Positions 1 through 11,250 of a stretch of DNA of 64,000 nt are shown piece by piece. The translations under genes were made by a program, and so were the position numbers. The stretch spans positions 1 to 64,000 of the forward strand of contig OY730414.1 in NCBI GenBank assembly GCA_963422615.1. Reading direction: 5' to 3'. A model generated the notes under the pieces. That model did no database searches. It had not been told where the DNA came from and saw nothing but the letters and a program-made list of their open reading frames with translations. Source of the stretch: Longimicrobiales bacterium. Lineage in GTDB: Bacteria > Gemmatimonadota > Gemmatimonadetes > Longimicrobiales > Gaopeijiaceae. The first letter of the stretch is position 1. The number at the start of each line of letters is the position of its first letter.

Positions 1-273
1 ATCAACCCGGGATTCTACACGATGAGCCAGTGCGAACTGTGTCTGGTCTTCAAGCGCGGCCGCATTCCCCGGCCCCGAGGCGCCCGGAACGTTCGTCAAC
101 TCTTGAGCGAAAAACGCCGGGATCATTCGCGCAAGCCCGATGAGGTACGGGCGCGAATCGACGCAATGTTCCCGAAATTGCCCAAGATCGAACTATTTGC
201 CCGCCCGGCAGAGGTGAAGCGATTCCGCGACCCGGCTCCGAACGGCTGGTACATGTGGGGGCTTGAAGGATGA
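1..273 (+). CDS. MT-A70 family adenine methyltransferase, C-terminal part (5' end outside window)
   Basis: Frame 1 reads NPGFYTMSQCELCLVFKRG...HSRKPDEV...KIELFAR...GW..WG, the typical MT-A70 C-terminus. Confidence 0.8.
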   Translation: MNPGFYTMSQCELCLVFKRGRIPRPRGARNVRQLLSEKRRDHSRKPDEVRARIDAMFPKLPKIELFARPAEVKRFRDPAPNGWYMWGLEG

Positions 274-361
274 CTTCAAGCTACCCCGGAGGCACTTGGA
301 AATCGCAACCTGGCAAGGGCAAGCCTGATTGCGCCCGCTGATGTATGGGCGAGCGAGGTTG

Positions 362-502
362 TTAGGAGCCGGAATCACGTGTTCCAGTTGTTTTCGCAGA
401 TTTGCTTATGGCGTAGTAATAGGGTGAAGACGCAGCCTGCGCTTCCTCATCAACACGCATCAGAACATCCGTGTAGAGCCCAATGATATCCGAGCGCGTC
501 AT
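362..502 (-). pseudogene. 46-aa ORF abutting the methyltransferase stop; possible truncated cognate endonuclease
   Basis: TAA-ATG junction at 505/502; reads MTRSDIIGLYTDVLMRVDEEAQA... then stops early. Confidence 0.25.
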
Positions 503-1609
503 TTACACATCGAGCTTGGGCGGTAAATCCGCGATTCGGCGCTTTGCCACTTGGCAGTACTGCGGTACGATGTCCACCCCGACGAACCTCCTGCCGTTCT
601 CGCACGCAACGACACAGGTCGTCCCCACTCCGGCAAAGGGATCCAATACCACATCGCCCCGGAAACTGAAGAGCAGCATTACTCGCCGCGCAAGCTCTTC
701 TGGAAACATCGCCGGGTGACCGTATTGCTTCATCTTCCGCTCGGGCGCGATTGACCATTTGGCAACCACCCACTTCTTGAACGAATCCGCATCAATATCC
801 GCGTTCTGTGGATCCCCCGGCTTCTTGAGATCTCCCTTGCAAAAAACTTCCAGAAACTCCCAGGTATACTTCAGGTAGGGACTGGCCGGACTCTTCCAAC
901 TGCCCCAGGCCGTGTATTTGCAGTTGTAGTTGTTTTTCTCCCAAAGAATCTCGCCCTTCCAGATGAGCCGCCGCTCCATGAAGTAGTTCGAGATGATGTG
1001 GTGGCTGGGAATATAGTCGGAGAAAAGGGGCTGGACGTTTACGACGATGCGACCTCCGAACGTCAGCACCCGGATACACTCGTCAAACACCTGAAACAAC
1101 TTTCCAAAATACGACTCCCAGTCGGCAGCGTCAGTGTTCAACTGATAGTCCAGACCGAAGTTGTAGGGCGGAGACGTGAAGACAAGATCAACGCAGTTGT
1201 CCGGGAGGCCCCTCAGAACTTCTTCGGAATCGCCACAGACCACAGCATCAACGAATCTTCCGGGAAGGGCGTTCCGTTCCCTTCTAAACAAGTGGTCGTT
1301 TGCGTAGTAGTGCTTGCCACGCCGTTCTTCCTTTTCTTTCCTGCCAATTACTTTTCGCTCGTCGTTATAGCCGACGTAAAGTCGTCTTCCCCTGTTCAGG
1401 CCGTAGGAGCGGATTCGTTGTATCGCCAAAGTGATTTGTGCAATGACGAAACGACACATCGGATGCCCTGTGGAAACCGCATCAGCCGCATCCTCAAGTT
1501 CGTCCATGCCAACTTCGCGGAGCCATACTTCCAGTCGGGAGCTGTTCCGTACCACGTGGATGTCGTCTGCCCGGAACCGACGGTTGAAGTCCTCCAAAGC
1601 CCGATCCAT
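503..1609 (-). CDS. Beta-class N4-cytosine/N6-adenine DNA methyltransferase
   Basis: TSPPY catalytic motif precedes HPAMFP and DPFAGVGTT SAM-binding motif; start may extend to 1675. Confidence 0.9.
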   Translation of the reverse strand: MDRALEDFNRRFRADDIHVVRNSSRLEVWLREVGMDELEDAADAVSTGHPMCRFVIAQITLAIQRIRSYGLNRGRRLYVGYNDERKVIGRKEKEERRGKHYYANDHLFRRERNALPGRFVDAVVCGDSEEVLRGLPDNCVDLVFTSPPYNFGLDYQLNTDAADWESYFGKLFQVFDECIRVLTFGGRIVVNVQPLFSDYIPSHHIISNYFMERRLIWKGEILWEKNNYNCKYTAWGSWKSPASPYLKYTWEFLEVFCKGDLKKPGDPQNADIDADSFKKWVVAKWSIAPERKMKQYGHPAMFPEELARRVMLLFSFRGDVVLDPFAGVGTTCVVACENGRRFVGVDIVPQYCQVAKRRIADLPPKLDV

Positions 1610-1714
1610 CCCGTCGCCGCGCAGACGACCACAAGAAATCTTGAGTATGCGGTACTTCTGATTGACTGGGTACACTTCGGAATCACCTTGGCCGGGTTGC
1701 AGTTATTGAGCTCG

Positions 1715-4401
1715 CTACTTTGGCCACAACACCAGCGAATCTCCCCCTACAAGATCGAAACCCGAGAAGCAAATGAGGCTGCTGTCGGGCTTGCTACCAA
1801 AGCCGATGCTGTCGCGGACACCAGACTCGTTGTGGAAGCCGAAGTCGCGAAATAGACCCGACTCGGCCGCTGACATTCGCAACGTCACTTCCTGGAACTG
1901 ACGTCCAAGGAGGCGATCCGAAAAACTCCGATCACCCCCAGGAGGGCTACCCCGGAAGTGGAAGTCGTTGATTACCGTATCGGAGGCACAGTCCGGGTCA
2001 AAAGGAAGCGCCGGCACGCTGTTGATTGACACCGATACCGGTGAGACCGTGTCCGGGGTCACCGACACTGTGCCGCTCCTCATCCCTCCCGCGTCGATGG
2101 TCACAACGTCCGCAGACGACGTCCCTTCCCGAACCCGAAGTCCGACCTTCATCGTGAACGGCGCGCCTTCCATGACCGTCACCGCAACCCTCGCCGGAGC
2201 TGGGGCCCGCAGATCCTCGCTATCCGTGCGGACCGGTTCAGCAACCAAGGGGAATGGGGCGCCGGGATTGTCCCCCAACCACAGTCGTTTCAAGGTGGAA
2301 AGGCCGACGAACACTGCGGGCGGCAAATCCGCCAGATCGTTATAGTCCAAGTACAGCCGTTTGAGGCTTGAAAGACCCGAAAATGCTTCGGGTGGCAGTT
2401 CCGTCAGAGCGTTTTGTTCCAAGTATAACCGTTCCAGGCGGGACAGGTCGGTGAAGACGTCGGGCGGCAGTTCCGTCAGAGCGTTTTGTTCCAGGTATAA
2501 CCGTTCAGGCCGGATAGGTCGGTGAAGACGTCGGGCGGCAAATCCGCCAATTTGTTGTCGAACAAATCCAGCCATTCGAGATTGGAGAGGTCGGCAAAAA
2601 TCCCGGGTGGCAAAGCCGTCAAGTCGTTTCCGTACAAGCTCAACCCTTCAAGGCCGGATAGGCCAGCGAACACGCCGGGTGGCAACTCCTTCAACTGGTT
2701 ACGGGATAAGCCCAGCTCTCCTAGGCTGGAAAGACCGGCGAATACGGCGGGCGGCACCTCCGTCAGCTGGTTCTTGGACAAGCTCAGCGCTTCAAGGCTG
2801 GAAAGACCGGCAAACGCACCGGGAGACAAGTCTGCCAAGTTGTTATCGTACAGCGTTAGCCATTCGAGGTTCGAGAGACCGGAGAACACCCCGGACGACA
2901 AATCCTTCAGCGGGTTTTGGAACAAGTACAGGGAGTCGAGATTTGAGAGACCCGAGAATACGCCGGGCCGCAACTCTGTCAATTCGTTATCGGACAACCA
3001 CAGCGACTTGAGACCGGAAAGGTCGGCAAACACGCCCGAGGATAGCCCCGTCAAGTCGTTGCTCAGCAAGTATAGCCCTTGAAGGCGGGAAAGACCCGCA
3101 AACACACCCGGTGGCAACTCTGCCAAATCGTTACCGTGCAACCAAAGCGATTCAAGGCTGGAGAGGCCGGCGAATGTGTCAGATGACAATTCCCTCAGCC
3201 GGTTCCGGGACAAACCCAGTCCTTCAAGGCGAGAAAGACCGGCGAAAACATCGGGTGGCAGATCCCCCAGCCGGTTCTTCGACAAGCTCACCACCCTAAG
3301 GCGGGAGAGGCTGCGAAACAGGCCGGACGGCAGTTCCGACAAATCGTTATCGAACAAATTCAGCCCCTCCAGGCTGGAGAGGTCAGCGAAGACGCCGTGT
3401 GGCAACTCCGACAAGTCGTTGTCGGACAAATCAAGCGCTTGGAGAGCGAAGAGGCCGCCAAAATCGCTTCCCTTGAGGGATGTGATCCCCGAAGACCTAA
3501 GCACCAGCGTCCCACGGATCTCCGCAATATCACTGTCCGTGACTTCGGCACAATCGCTGGCGCCCACGGCCAGCATGATCGCCTCCCTGACCTGCGGAGT
3601 CCGCTCGCACACGCTCAGAACCTGCACTTCATCGCGGGCCCGGGCAGCAATCCGTACCCCGATACTACTGCCGACGGTTGCGGTGAGTACCTGGGTTCCG
3701 GATTGGCCGCCAAGGGACCAGACGGTACTCGCTTGGCCGACCGAATCGGTGAACGCTGATGCCGGATCCGTCGAACCCTGGGCTTCCGCTTCAAAGCTGA
3801 CCGGCACATCCGCTACGGGAGATCCGGCCGCATCGACGACACGAACTACGATCTTTTCGGGCAACCGCTCCCAGACGAGCCCCTCCTGCCCACCTCCCGA
3901 CACGATCTCGGCGGCGACGGGCACTTGCTCAACGACCAGGGTTGCCGTGTCACTCAGACCCTCGTACGCCGCCTGCACCCGCCCGTTTCCGTTCGAGAGC
4001 GCGGTCGCGACCCCACTCCCGTTTGCCGAGAACACGGATGGCGCGTTCCCCGACCACACGACCGTACCCGAGAACGGATTGTCGTACTGGTCCAGGATTA
4101 CAGCGCTGAATCCCGCCGTGTCGCCGACGAACACGAGTGTGTCCGAAGATGGCGACACCGAAATCGAAACCGCCCGGGAGGGTTCCGTTGGTTCGGGTAC
4201 CGCCGGGCCTTCGGAATCGCCGCAAGCGACAAGTACAGGGAGCACAGGGAACATCAATGGACGCAACCGCTGCCCGAAGCAACATCGCCCGAAGTCTGCA
4301 GAGAATACCCGAGTGCGCCATGAGATGCCGAGTCCGGGCGAAACGTTGGCGATTCGCCGGCGTAAAGGCGCCCGCCGCCGTTTAAGTCCGTAGGAACCCA
4401 T
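1715..4401 (-). pseudogene. Ig-like domain + LRR lipoprotein, split by a 1-bp frameshift near 2506
   Basis: LVAC lipobox, Big-like domains, 24-aa LRRs (LPPGVFAGLSxLxxLxLxxNxL) continuing across ORFs 2476..4401 and 1715..2575; one repeat unit is 1 nt short. Confidence 0.8.
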
Positions 4402-4597
4402 ACCCCGCAGCGCATCCGAACGCTCCCAGGCTACCGCCCACAGAAGTCCTCGTTCACCCGCAGGTATTCCAGCACGAAGCGATCCAGTTCCTCCGAAAGT
4501 TTATGTTTACATACAGATAGTTAAAAGCTTCCGCATCATACACGCCGTGCCGCGCGCAGGCGACTTTCGGCCAATCTGCCAGGACTCGCGACAAAGA

Positions 4598-4670
<73 letters not shown>

Positions 4671-5253
4671 CCGAGGAATCTACCGCCGAACGTGGCCCTC
4701 ACCAAGGAGCTTCTTTCCGGCATGGGAAGACTTCGACTGCCGGCGGGCCGGGTCCATCCGCCCCAAGGCCCAGGCCCTTCGGTCGGGCACCCGACCCGCC
4801 ACTCCATCTGGACATGGGTTCGGGACGACGCGAGAACCGACGGGGCGACCACCCCCGTTCCGATCTGCGCACCGTCGCCGTCACCGAGGTATTCGCCGAA
4901 AACGGGCTGCAAGCGACGAGCTCCTCAAGTGGCTGCCCCGGTAGCTGGCGTGGCGTTACGAACTGCAGCGCCTCAACCGAGGGAAGTCCCAGACCGTCCG
5001 GACCTTCCCCGGCAGTGGGGACGAACGAAGACGGGATGAGCTTCCTCTTCGGGATCTTGCAGGTACCCCGGACTGATCCGGAAGGTGCACCATCTGGACC
5101 GCATCTCCAGGCCTACGGGAAGGTGGCTAACCAAAGCCGGGGAACCGGGCTGCGCTGGGCGCCCCAGCTTCCCCCTGGAGCCCTGAAACGGATATGTTTA
5201 TGATTACTGTGATTCCGCCACAGTTCCACAACGTCCCATAACTGAGAGGCTTC

Positions 5254-8200
5254 TTGAGAAATCGCAAAAGAGGGGATCACGAGTTCACTCTTGCCAAGAA
5301 AAACATACCTTCTGTAATCTTCGGTTTCCTTGTGCTCATCGCGCTGGTTGCCTGCACTGACTCACCGACAGAGCCGCCCGATCCACCCCGCCCGGCAACT
5401 CTGGAGATCACACCAGGACCGGTGACGCTTACCTTCCTTGGCCAGACCGCGTCTTTCGCCGCAACCATCAAAGACCAGTACGGGGCGGCCTTCGGTGGGA
5501 CGGTAAGCTGGTCGAGCGACCAGCCGGAAGTCTTCACCGTCGAAGCCAGCGGCGTGGTGACAGCAGCGGCAAACGGGTCGGGGAGCCTTACGGCCACTTT
5601 TCAGGATCTGAGTGCGACTGTGAAAGTTGCGGTCGCTCAGATTCCGACTTCGATCGAGATCGCTTCGGGTCAGGGGCAACGGGCCGACCAGGGGGGGAGC
5701 ACGCTGCCGGAGCCGGTCGTGGTGCGAGTGGCAGATGTTGGCGGATCGCCGGTCAAGGGCGCGGCGGTGACGTTCACCGTGGCGGAAGGCGCCGGTTCGG
5801 TTGACCCCACCACGGCCGTAAGCGACTCGGCCGGGCTGGCGCAAACGGCGTGGACACTGGGGGACGAAGCCGGGGCCCAGACCCTCACGGCCAACGTGAA
5901 CGACATCGTTGTCCGCATCGGCGCAATCGCAATCGCCAGCCGGGATCGCGCGGCGTTGGAGGCACTGTACAAGGCGACGAGCGGCCTGAAATGGACGAAT
6001 AATGACAACTGGCTGACAGATGCACCGCTCGGAGCGTGGTATGGAGTGAGCACAGACGAAGACGGAAAAGTGGTTCGACTAAAAATGTCCAACAACGGAC
6101 TGACGGAGACGATTCCCCCTGAAATCGGCAACCTCACACGCCTCAAGTCCCTTGGTCTCGCCGACAACGAACTGACGGGCACAATCCCACCCGAAATTGG
6201 CAACCTCGCCAACCTCGAGGACCTGTTTCTCGATGGGAATGGACTTACAGGCGCGATCCCAGCCGAAATCGGCAAACTCACCAACCTCGAGGAACTGGAG
6301 CTCGAAGGGAATGGACTTACAGGCGCGATCCCAGCCGAAATCGGTAACCTCGCCAGCTTGAAGCACCTTTATCTCTACGGCAACAAGCTGACAGGGATCC
6401 CGCCCGAAATCGGTAACCTCGCCAGCTTGAAGCACCTGGGGCTCGGCTACAACAAGCTGACAGGGATCCCGCCCGAAATCGGCAAACTCACCAACCTCGA
6501 GAGCCTTCATCTCGGCGACAACAAGCTGACAGGGATCCCGCCCGAAATCGGTAACCTCGCCAGCTTGAAGCACCTGTGGCTCGGCGACAACAAGCTGACG
6601 GGAATCCCCGGCGAAATCGGCAACCTCACCAACCTCGAGGGCCTGTCGCTCCAAGGCAACAAGCTGACGGGGATCCCATCCGAAATCGGTAACCTCGCCA
6701 GCTTGAAGCACCTGTGGCTCGGCGGCAACAAGCTGACAGGGATCCCGCTCGAAATCGGCAAACTCACCAACCTCGAGGGCCTTCATCTCTACGGCAACAA
6801 GCTGACAGGGATCCCGCCCGAAATCGGTAACCTCGCCAGCTTGAAGCACCTTTATCTCTACGGCAACAAGCTGGTGGGCATCCCGCCCGAAATCGGTAAC
6901 CTCGCCAACTTGAATTACCTTGATCTCCGCAACAACCAACTGACGGGCACAATCCCGGCGGAAATCGGTAACCTCGCCAACTTGAATTACCTTGATCTCC
7001 GCAACAACCAACTGACGGGCACAATCCCGGCGGACTATCTTCCTCTTGACCTGGATTTTTTCTATTGGTCTACCAACGAAGGTCTTTGCGTACCCGGCAC
7101 TTCTACCTTCCTTGAGTGGACTGCCAACATCAAGACAACTCACGGGCCACACTGCCACGAGGCAGATGCGGCAGTACTCAAGATCTTCTTTGACGCCTCT
7201 GACGGTTCGTCATGGAAATCTTCCTCCGGGTGGTTACGTAACGGGCCTCTAAACGATTGGTACGGGGTTACGACCGACTCAATAGGTCTCGTGGCAGAGT
7301 TGGACCTGGGTGGCAACGGGCTGGTGGGCGTGCTACCGTCAGAGTTGGGGTCGCTGGCGCACCTTACCAAGTTGCGGATCGGCAGCAACGCGCTAGTGGG
7401 ACGATTGCCGTTGTCACTGGCCAATCTTATTCTTTCCGAATTTGATTACGCAGATACCGGTTTGTGTGTCCCAGGTGACACGGCACTCCTCGAGTGGCTG
7501 CGAACCATTCCGTCCCACATCGGCACAGACGCCCAATGTGGTGAGGAGGGAGGCACCGCGGTATATTTGACGCAGGCGGTACAGTCGGCCGGCTTCCCAG
7601 TCCCTCTGGTTGCGGGCGAGCCCGCGCTGCTCCGCGTATTCGTGACGGCGGAGGACGCCGGGAGCGCCCGAATCCCACCCGTGCGGGCCACCTTCTATCG
7701 GGACGGTCGGGAACATGTCGCCGACATTCCGGTCGGGACTTTCCCGATCACGGCCGAAGCGGACGAAAGCGACCTTCGCGCCTCGGCCAATGCCGAGATT
7801 CCCGGATGGGTGATCGGCCCCGGGGCAGCGATGGTCGTGGAGATCGACCCTGAGGGCACCCTCGACCCGGCACTGGGGATCCCGGAGCGAATCCCCGAAA
7901 CGGGGCGCATGGCGCTGGATGTCCAGGCTATGCCTCTGCTGGACCTGACGCTGGTCCCGTTCCTTTGGCAGGATAACCCGGATTCGTCGGTCGTGGAAGC
8001 GACGGACAAGTTGTCAACCGACAACGACCTGTTCTTCGAAACCCGAACGCTCCTGCCCGTCGGAGACTTCAAGCTGACCATCCGGGAGCCCCTGTGGACG
8101 TCGGTGGATCCGGTGTGGGCGAACGGCTCTAAACTGCTGAGGGAAGTCGCGGCAGTTAGAGTACTGGACGGTGCAACCGGGCACTACATGGGCGTCCTGC

Positions 8201-9009
8201 GCGGTGGGGGAGGTGTGGCAAGGTTGAATGGGCGCATCAGCCTTTCGGGTCTCCAGGGTAGGATCATCGCGCACGAACTGGGGCATAACATGAATCTGCT
8301 CCACGCGCCGTGTGGTGGTCCAGATTTTTTAGATAACGGCTATCCTTACCCCGACGGCACCATCGGTGCGTGGGGGTACGACTTCCGAGACGGAAGTCTG
8401 GTATCGTCCGGTACCCCGGACCTGATGAGCTACTGCAGTCCCGAGTGGGTGAGTGACTACCACTTTACCAACGCGCTCCGGTTCCGGCTCCTTGACGAGA
8501 CTCGCACAGCCGCGCGGATCGTTTTGGCGCCGACCCCGGTGTTGCTCCTCTGGGGTGGTGCGGACGCCGACGGCGACCCCTTCCTTGAACCGGCCTTCGT
8601 GGCGAACGCCCCGCCGTCGCTTCCGGCCCGAAGCGGCGCCTACCAAATCCGGGGGGTTAGCACCGAGGGGCGCGTACTCTTCTCCCTGGACTTCGACATG
8701 CATGAGACCGCCGACGGCGACGGGGAGTCCTCCTTCGCCTTTGCGCTCCCGGCGCGTCCCGAGTGGGCGAGCGATCTGGCCAGCATTACCCTGACCGGCC
8801 CGGGGGGATCAGCAACCCTCGACGGAAAGAGTGACCGCACCGCGGCCCTTGTGCGGAACACCGTCACTGGTCGGGTCCGGGGGATTTTCCGAGACTGGTC
8901 GACCACCGCCGCTCAGGCCGGGTCCGGCCTGGCCGCCATGCTGCGGGAACCGAACCTCGAGATCCAGGTCAGCCGCGGCATCCCGGCCGCAGCTTCCTGG
9001 CGACGGTGA
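5254..9009 (+). CDS. Lipoprotein with Ig-like domains, plant-type LRR array and C-terminal zinc metallopeptidase-like (M66-like) domain
   Basis: LVAC lipobox; LxxWYGVxTD cap; IPPEIGNLxxLxxLxLxxNxLTG repeats; HELGHNMNLLH zinc motif and DLMSY Met-turn. Confidence 0.85.
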   Translation: MRNRKRGDHEFTLAKKNIPSVIFGFLVLIALVACTDSPTEPPDPPRPATLEITPGPVTLTFLGQTASFAATIKDQYGAAFGGTVSWSSDQPEVFTVEASGVVTAAANGSGSLTATFQDLSATVKVAVAQIPTSIEIASGQGQRADQGGSTLPEPVVVRVADVGGSPVKGAAVTFTVAEGAGSVDPTTAVSDSAGLAQTAWTLGDEAGAQTLTANVNDIVVRIGAIAIASRDRAALEALYKATSGLKWTNNDNWLTDAPLGAWYGVSTDEDGKVVRLKMSNNGLTETIPPEIGNLTRLKSLGLADNELTGTIPPEIGNLANLEDLFLDGNGLTGAIPAEIGKLTNLEELELEGNGLTGAIPAEIGNLASLKHLYLYGNKLTGIPPEIGNLASLKHLGLGYNKLTGIPPEIGKLTNLESLHLGDNKLTGIPPEIGNLASLKHLWLGDNKLTGIPGEIGNLTNLEGLSLQGNKLTGIPSEIGNLASLKHLWLGGNKLTGIPLEIGKLTNLEGLHLYGNKLTGIPPEIGNLASLKHLYLYGNKLVGIPPEIGNLANLNYLDLRNNQLTGTIPAEIGNLANLNYLDLRNNQLTGTIPADYLPLDLDFFYWSTNEGLCVPGTSTFLEWTANIKTTHGPHCHEADAAVLKIFFDASDGSSWKSSSGWLRNGPLNDWYGVTTDSIGLVAELDLGGNGLVGVLPSELGSLAHLTKLRIGSNALVGRLPLSLANLILSEFDYADTGLCVPGDTALLEWLRTIPSHIGTDAQCGEEGGTAVYLTQAVQSAGFPVPLVAGEPALLRVFVTAEDAGSARIPPVRATFYRDGREHVADIPVGTFPITAEADESDLRASANAEIPGWVIGPGAAMVVEIDPEGTLDPALGIPERIPETGRMALDVQAMPLLDLTLVPFLWQDNPDSSVVEATDKLSTDNDLFFETRTLLPVGDFKLTIREPLWTSVDPVWANGSKLLREVAAVRVLDGATGHYMGVLRGGGGVARLNGRISLSGLQGRIIAHELGHNMNLLHAPCGGPDFLDNGYPYPDGTIGAWGYDFRDGSLVSSGTPDLMSYCSPEWVSDYHFTNALRFRLLDETRTAARIVLAPTPVLLLWGGADADGDPFLEPAFVANAPPSLPARSGAYQIRGVSTEGRVLFSLDFDMHETADGDGESSFAFALPARPEWASDLASITLTGPGGSATLDGKSDRTAALVRNTVTGRVRGIFRDWSTTAAQAGSGLAAMLREPNLEIQVSRGIPAAASWRR
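6090..7034 (+). repeat. Intragenic tandem array of 69/72-bp LRR-coding units
   Basis: Recurring GAAATCGG(T/C)AA..CTC...AACAAGCTGAC.GG.ATCCC; exact 72-bp duplication at 6889-6960 and 6961-7032. Confidence 0.95.
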
Positions 9010-9061
9010 GAACTTCGCCCGCAGCTGCGGCTCGGAAATCCGTCCTGGGCGGCGAAGAATT

Positions 9062-10492
9062 CTAGTGCCCGGGCAACGGCGCCCCCGCCACCCCCTTCAC
9101 CCTCGTCCCCGCCAGGAGGACATCGTCCGCCCTCACCCGGTTCAGCCGGGCCAGTTCCTCCACCGGGACCGGCACGCCCTCGCGCTCGTGGTACACGCGA
9201 AGTGACATGGCCTCCCCGAGCGTCACCACCTTCAACGTCCACGGTTGGATGTCCAACAACTCTCGGTCGGTGACCCGCGCGAAGCTCGAAATCGCACGGC
9301 CCACCGCGTCCTCGTGCTTCCTCCATTCTCCGGACGAAGCATAGCCGACGAAGCTGTACACCTGCCCGTCCATCGCCAGGAAGGCCGCTTCTCCCTGTAC
9401 CCCACCCTCGTCGCCGTCAGCTTCGAAGGTGGCGCGGCGGCGCTCGAAGCCTCCGGCGCGGTCTTCTCGGATCCGCCCGCCCGCAATCCCTTCCTGGCCC
9501 AAGAACGCGCGCAGACCTGCACCCGGATCCTCCGCATCCGAGAGCCGGAGGACCACGACGGCCCTCTCGTCCGGGCTGACCGCGGCGACCAGAGACCGCT
9601 GGTTCACCCCTGTCCACCCTGGGGGAAAGTCGGCCTCGAACGCCAGGGCCGGATGCACAAACCGGCTTCCTTGGAAAAAGCCCTCCCGGGGGTTCTCCCC
9701 GTAGAGGAGCCCGTCGATCCGGTCCAGGTAGGCGTCCCGGCCCACCTCTTCGCCTCCGCCTCCGTCCCCCGCCGCAATGAGCGCGCGGATATCCGCCTCT
9801 CGGTTCTCGGGGTACGGGTGGGTGAGCTGCCACTGGGGAACCCGGCCTTCGCTTTCTCCCGAAACCGCCGCAAGCATTCGAAAGACGCCGACCAGGGACT
9901 CCGGGTCGTACCCCAGGCGGGAGATGTAGCGAAGACCGAGGGCGTCGGATTCGGATTCGTCATCCCGGGAGAACTTGAGGCCCCAGAGCTGCAAGCCGGC
10001 GCCCAGATAGTCGCCGGTGCTTCGAATTCGCTCTGAAACGAGCGCGCCCAGTCCCAAGCCAACGGAGAAGATCTGCTGGCGGCTCATCTGGGAGACCGAG
10101 TGACGGGCGGTCACGTGACCGATTTCATGGCCGAGGACACCGGCCAGTTCGGCTTCGGATTCGAAGTGGGCCAGGATACCCCGGGTGAGGTAGATGAACC
10201 CACCGGGAAGTGCGAAGGCGTTTACGGCAGGGTCATCCACCACCTTGAACGACCATGGCAGTTGGGGCCGCTCGGACACGACAGCGAGACGATCTCCCAA
10301 GTCGGAGACGTACCGTTGCAGCTCCGGGCCACCCGCCAGCCCCAGAGACGCCGTGATCTGGATGTCGGCCTCCCGGCCCATCGCGATCTCTCGGTCTTCG
10401 CCAACAAGAGACAACTCCCGGCGCCCCGTGGCAGGATTCACGGCGCAGGCCGTCAGGAGGAGGAGCAGAGACCAGCGGAGGCGGGAAATCAT
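9062..10492 (-). CDS. M48 family zinc metalloprotease lipoprotein
   Basis: LTACAVNPATG, NAFALPGG, HEIGH, FSRDDESESD, THP motifs. Confidence 0.9.
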   Translation of the reverse strand: MISRLRWSLLLLLTACAVNPATGRRELSLVGEDREIAMGREADIQITASLGLAGGPELQRYVSDLGDRLAVVSERPQLPWSFKVVDDPAVNAFALPGGFIYLTRGILAHFESEAELAGVLGHEIGHVTARHSVSQMSRQQIFSVGLGLGALVSERIRSTGDYLGAGLQLWGLKFSRDDESESDALGLRYISRLGYDPESLVGVFRMLAAVSGESEGRVPQWQLTHPYPENREADIRALIAAGDGGGGEEVGRDAYLDRIDGLLYGENPREGFFQGSRFVHPALAFEADFPPGWTGVNQRSLVAAVSPDERAVVVLRLSDAEDPGAGLRAFLGQEGIAGGRIREDRAGGFERRRATFEADGDEGGVQGEAAFLAMDGQVYSFVGYASSGEWRKHEDAVGRAISSFARVTDRELLDIQPWTLKVVTLGEAMSLRVYHEREGVPVPVEELARLNRVRADDVLLAGTRVKGVAGAPLPGH

Positions 10493-10593
10493 GGAGTTGA
10501 TATCCGGGAAGGGCGGGGTGGGTTCCACCGTGGCCTCCCCTGGGATCCTTGGCTGGCCAAGCCACCGCGTCACCCACCCGGCGGAGCGCAGGC

Positions 10594-11235
10594 TCACCCA
10601 CCGTTCCGGAGTGGCAGCTCCAGCTGCAACAGCCCAAAGCTGGTCCGATGATGAGGCGTCAGTCCCACTCTCCGCAGGGCTCGCCTGTGCCGCCGGGTCG
10701 CGTACCCCATGTTCTTCTCCCACTCGTACTCGGGGTACCGCGCAGCCAAGCGGGTCATCAAGCCGTCGCGGCACACCTTGGCCACAATCGAGGCACAGGC
10801 AACGGCGTGAACCCGGGCATCACCGCCGACAACGGCGTCGTGCTCCCATCCCAAATCTCGAACGGGGAGCCCGTCCACGACCACGTGGTCCGGCGACGCG
10901 GGAAGTCTTTTCAACGCTCGCGCCATGGCCCGGGTCGTGGCCCTGAGGATATTGATTCGGTCGATCTCCCCCACCGAGGCGGCCCCGATGGCTATGGCCG
11001 AGGCCCGTCCCTGAATTTCTTCTGCGATCTCCAGACGGGCCCGGCGCGTCAAGGTCTTGGAATCGGCAGCGCCGTCTATGAAGACGTCTCGGGGGAGGAC
11101 AACCGCCGCCGCAACGACGGGGCCCGCCAAGGGTCCGCGACCGACTTCGTCAACACCGGCCACCCGGGTGCATCCCCGGTTCCAAAAACCGCGCTCATAG
11201 GCCAAGGGGTCCGGGAGTCGGCCCGGGCCTGCCAC
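10594..11235 (-). CDS. rnhB: Ribonuclease HII
   Basis: GVDEVGRGPLAGPVVAAAV, DSK, ASIVAKV.RD, HRTSF. Confidence 0.97.
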   Translation of the reverse strand: MAGPGRLPDPLAYERGFWNRGCTRVAGVDEVGRGPLAGPVVAAAVVLPRDVFIDGAADSKTLTRRARLEIAEEIQGRASAIAIGAASVGEIDRINILRATTRAMARALKRLPASPDHVVVDGLPVRDLGWEHDAVVGGDARVHAVACASIVAKVCRDGLMTRLAARYPEYEWEKNMGYATRRHRRALRRVGLTPHHRTSFGLLQLELPLRNGG

Positions 11236-11250
11236 GAGCCCGTCGGAACC

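Noticed and set aside
4680..5250. Short ORFs between tRNA-Lys and the LRR gene
   Set aside because: No recognisable motifs, RBS or RNA structure that I can support
6090..7034. Regular repeats resembling a CRISPR array
   Set aside because: Units are in-frame LRR codons with no unique spacers, and no cas genes are present
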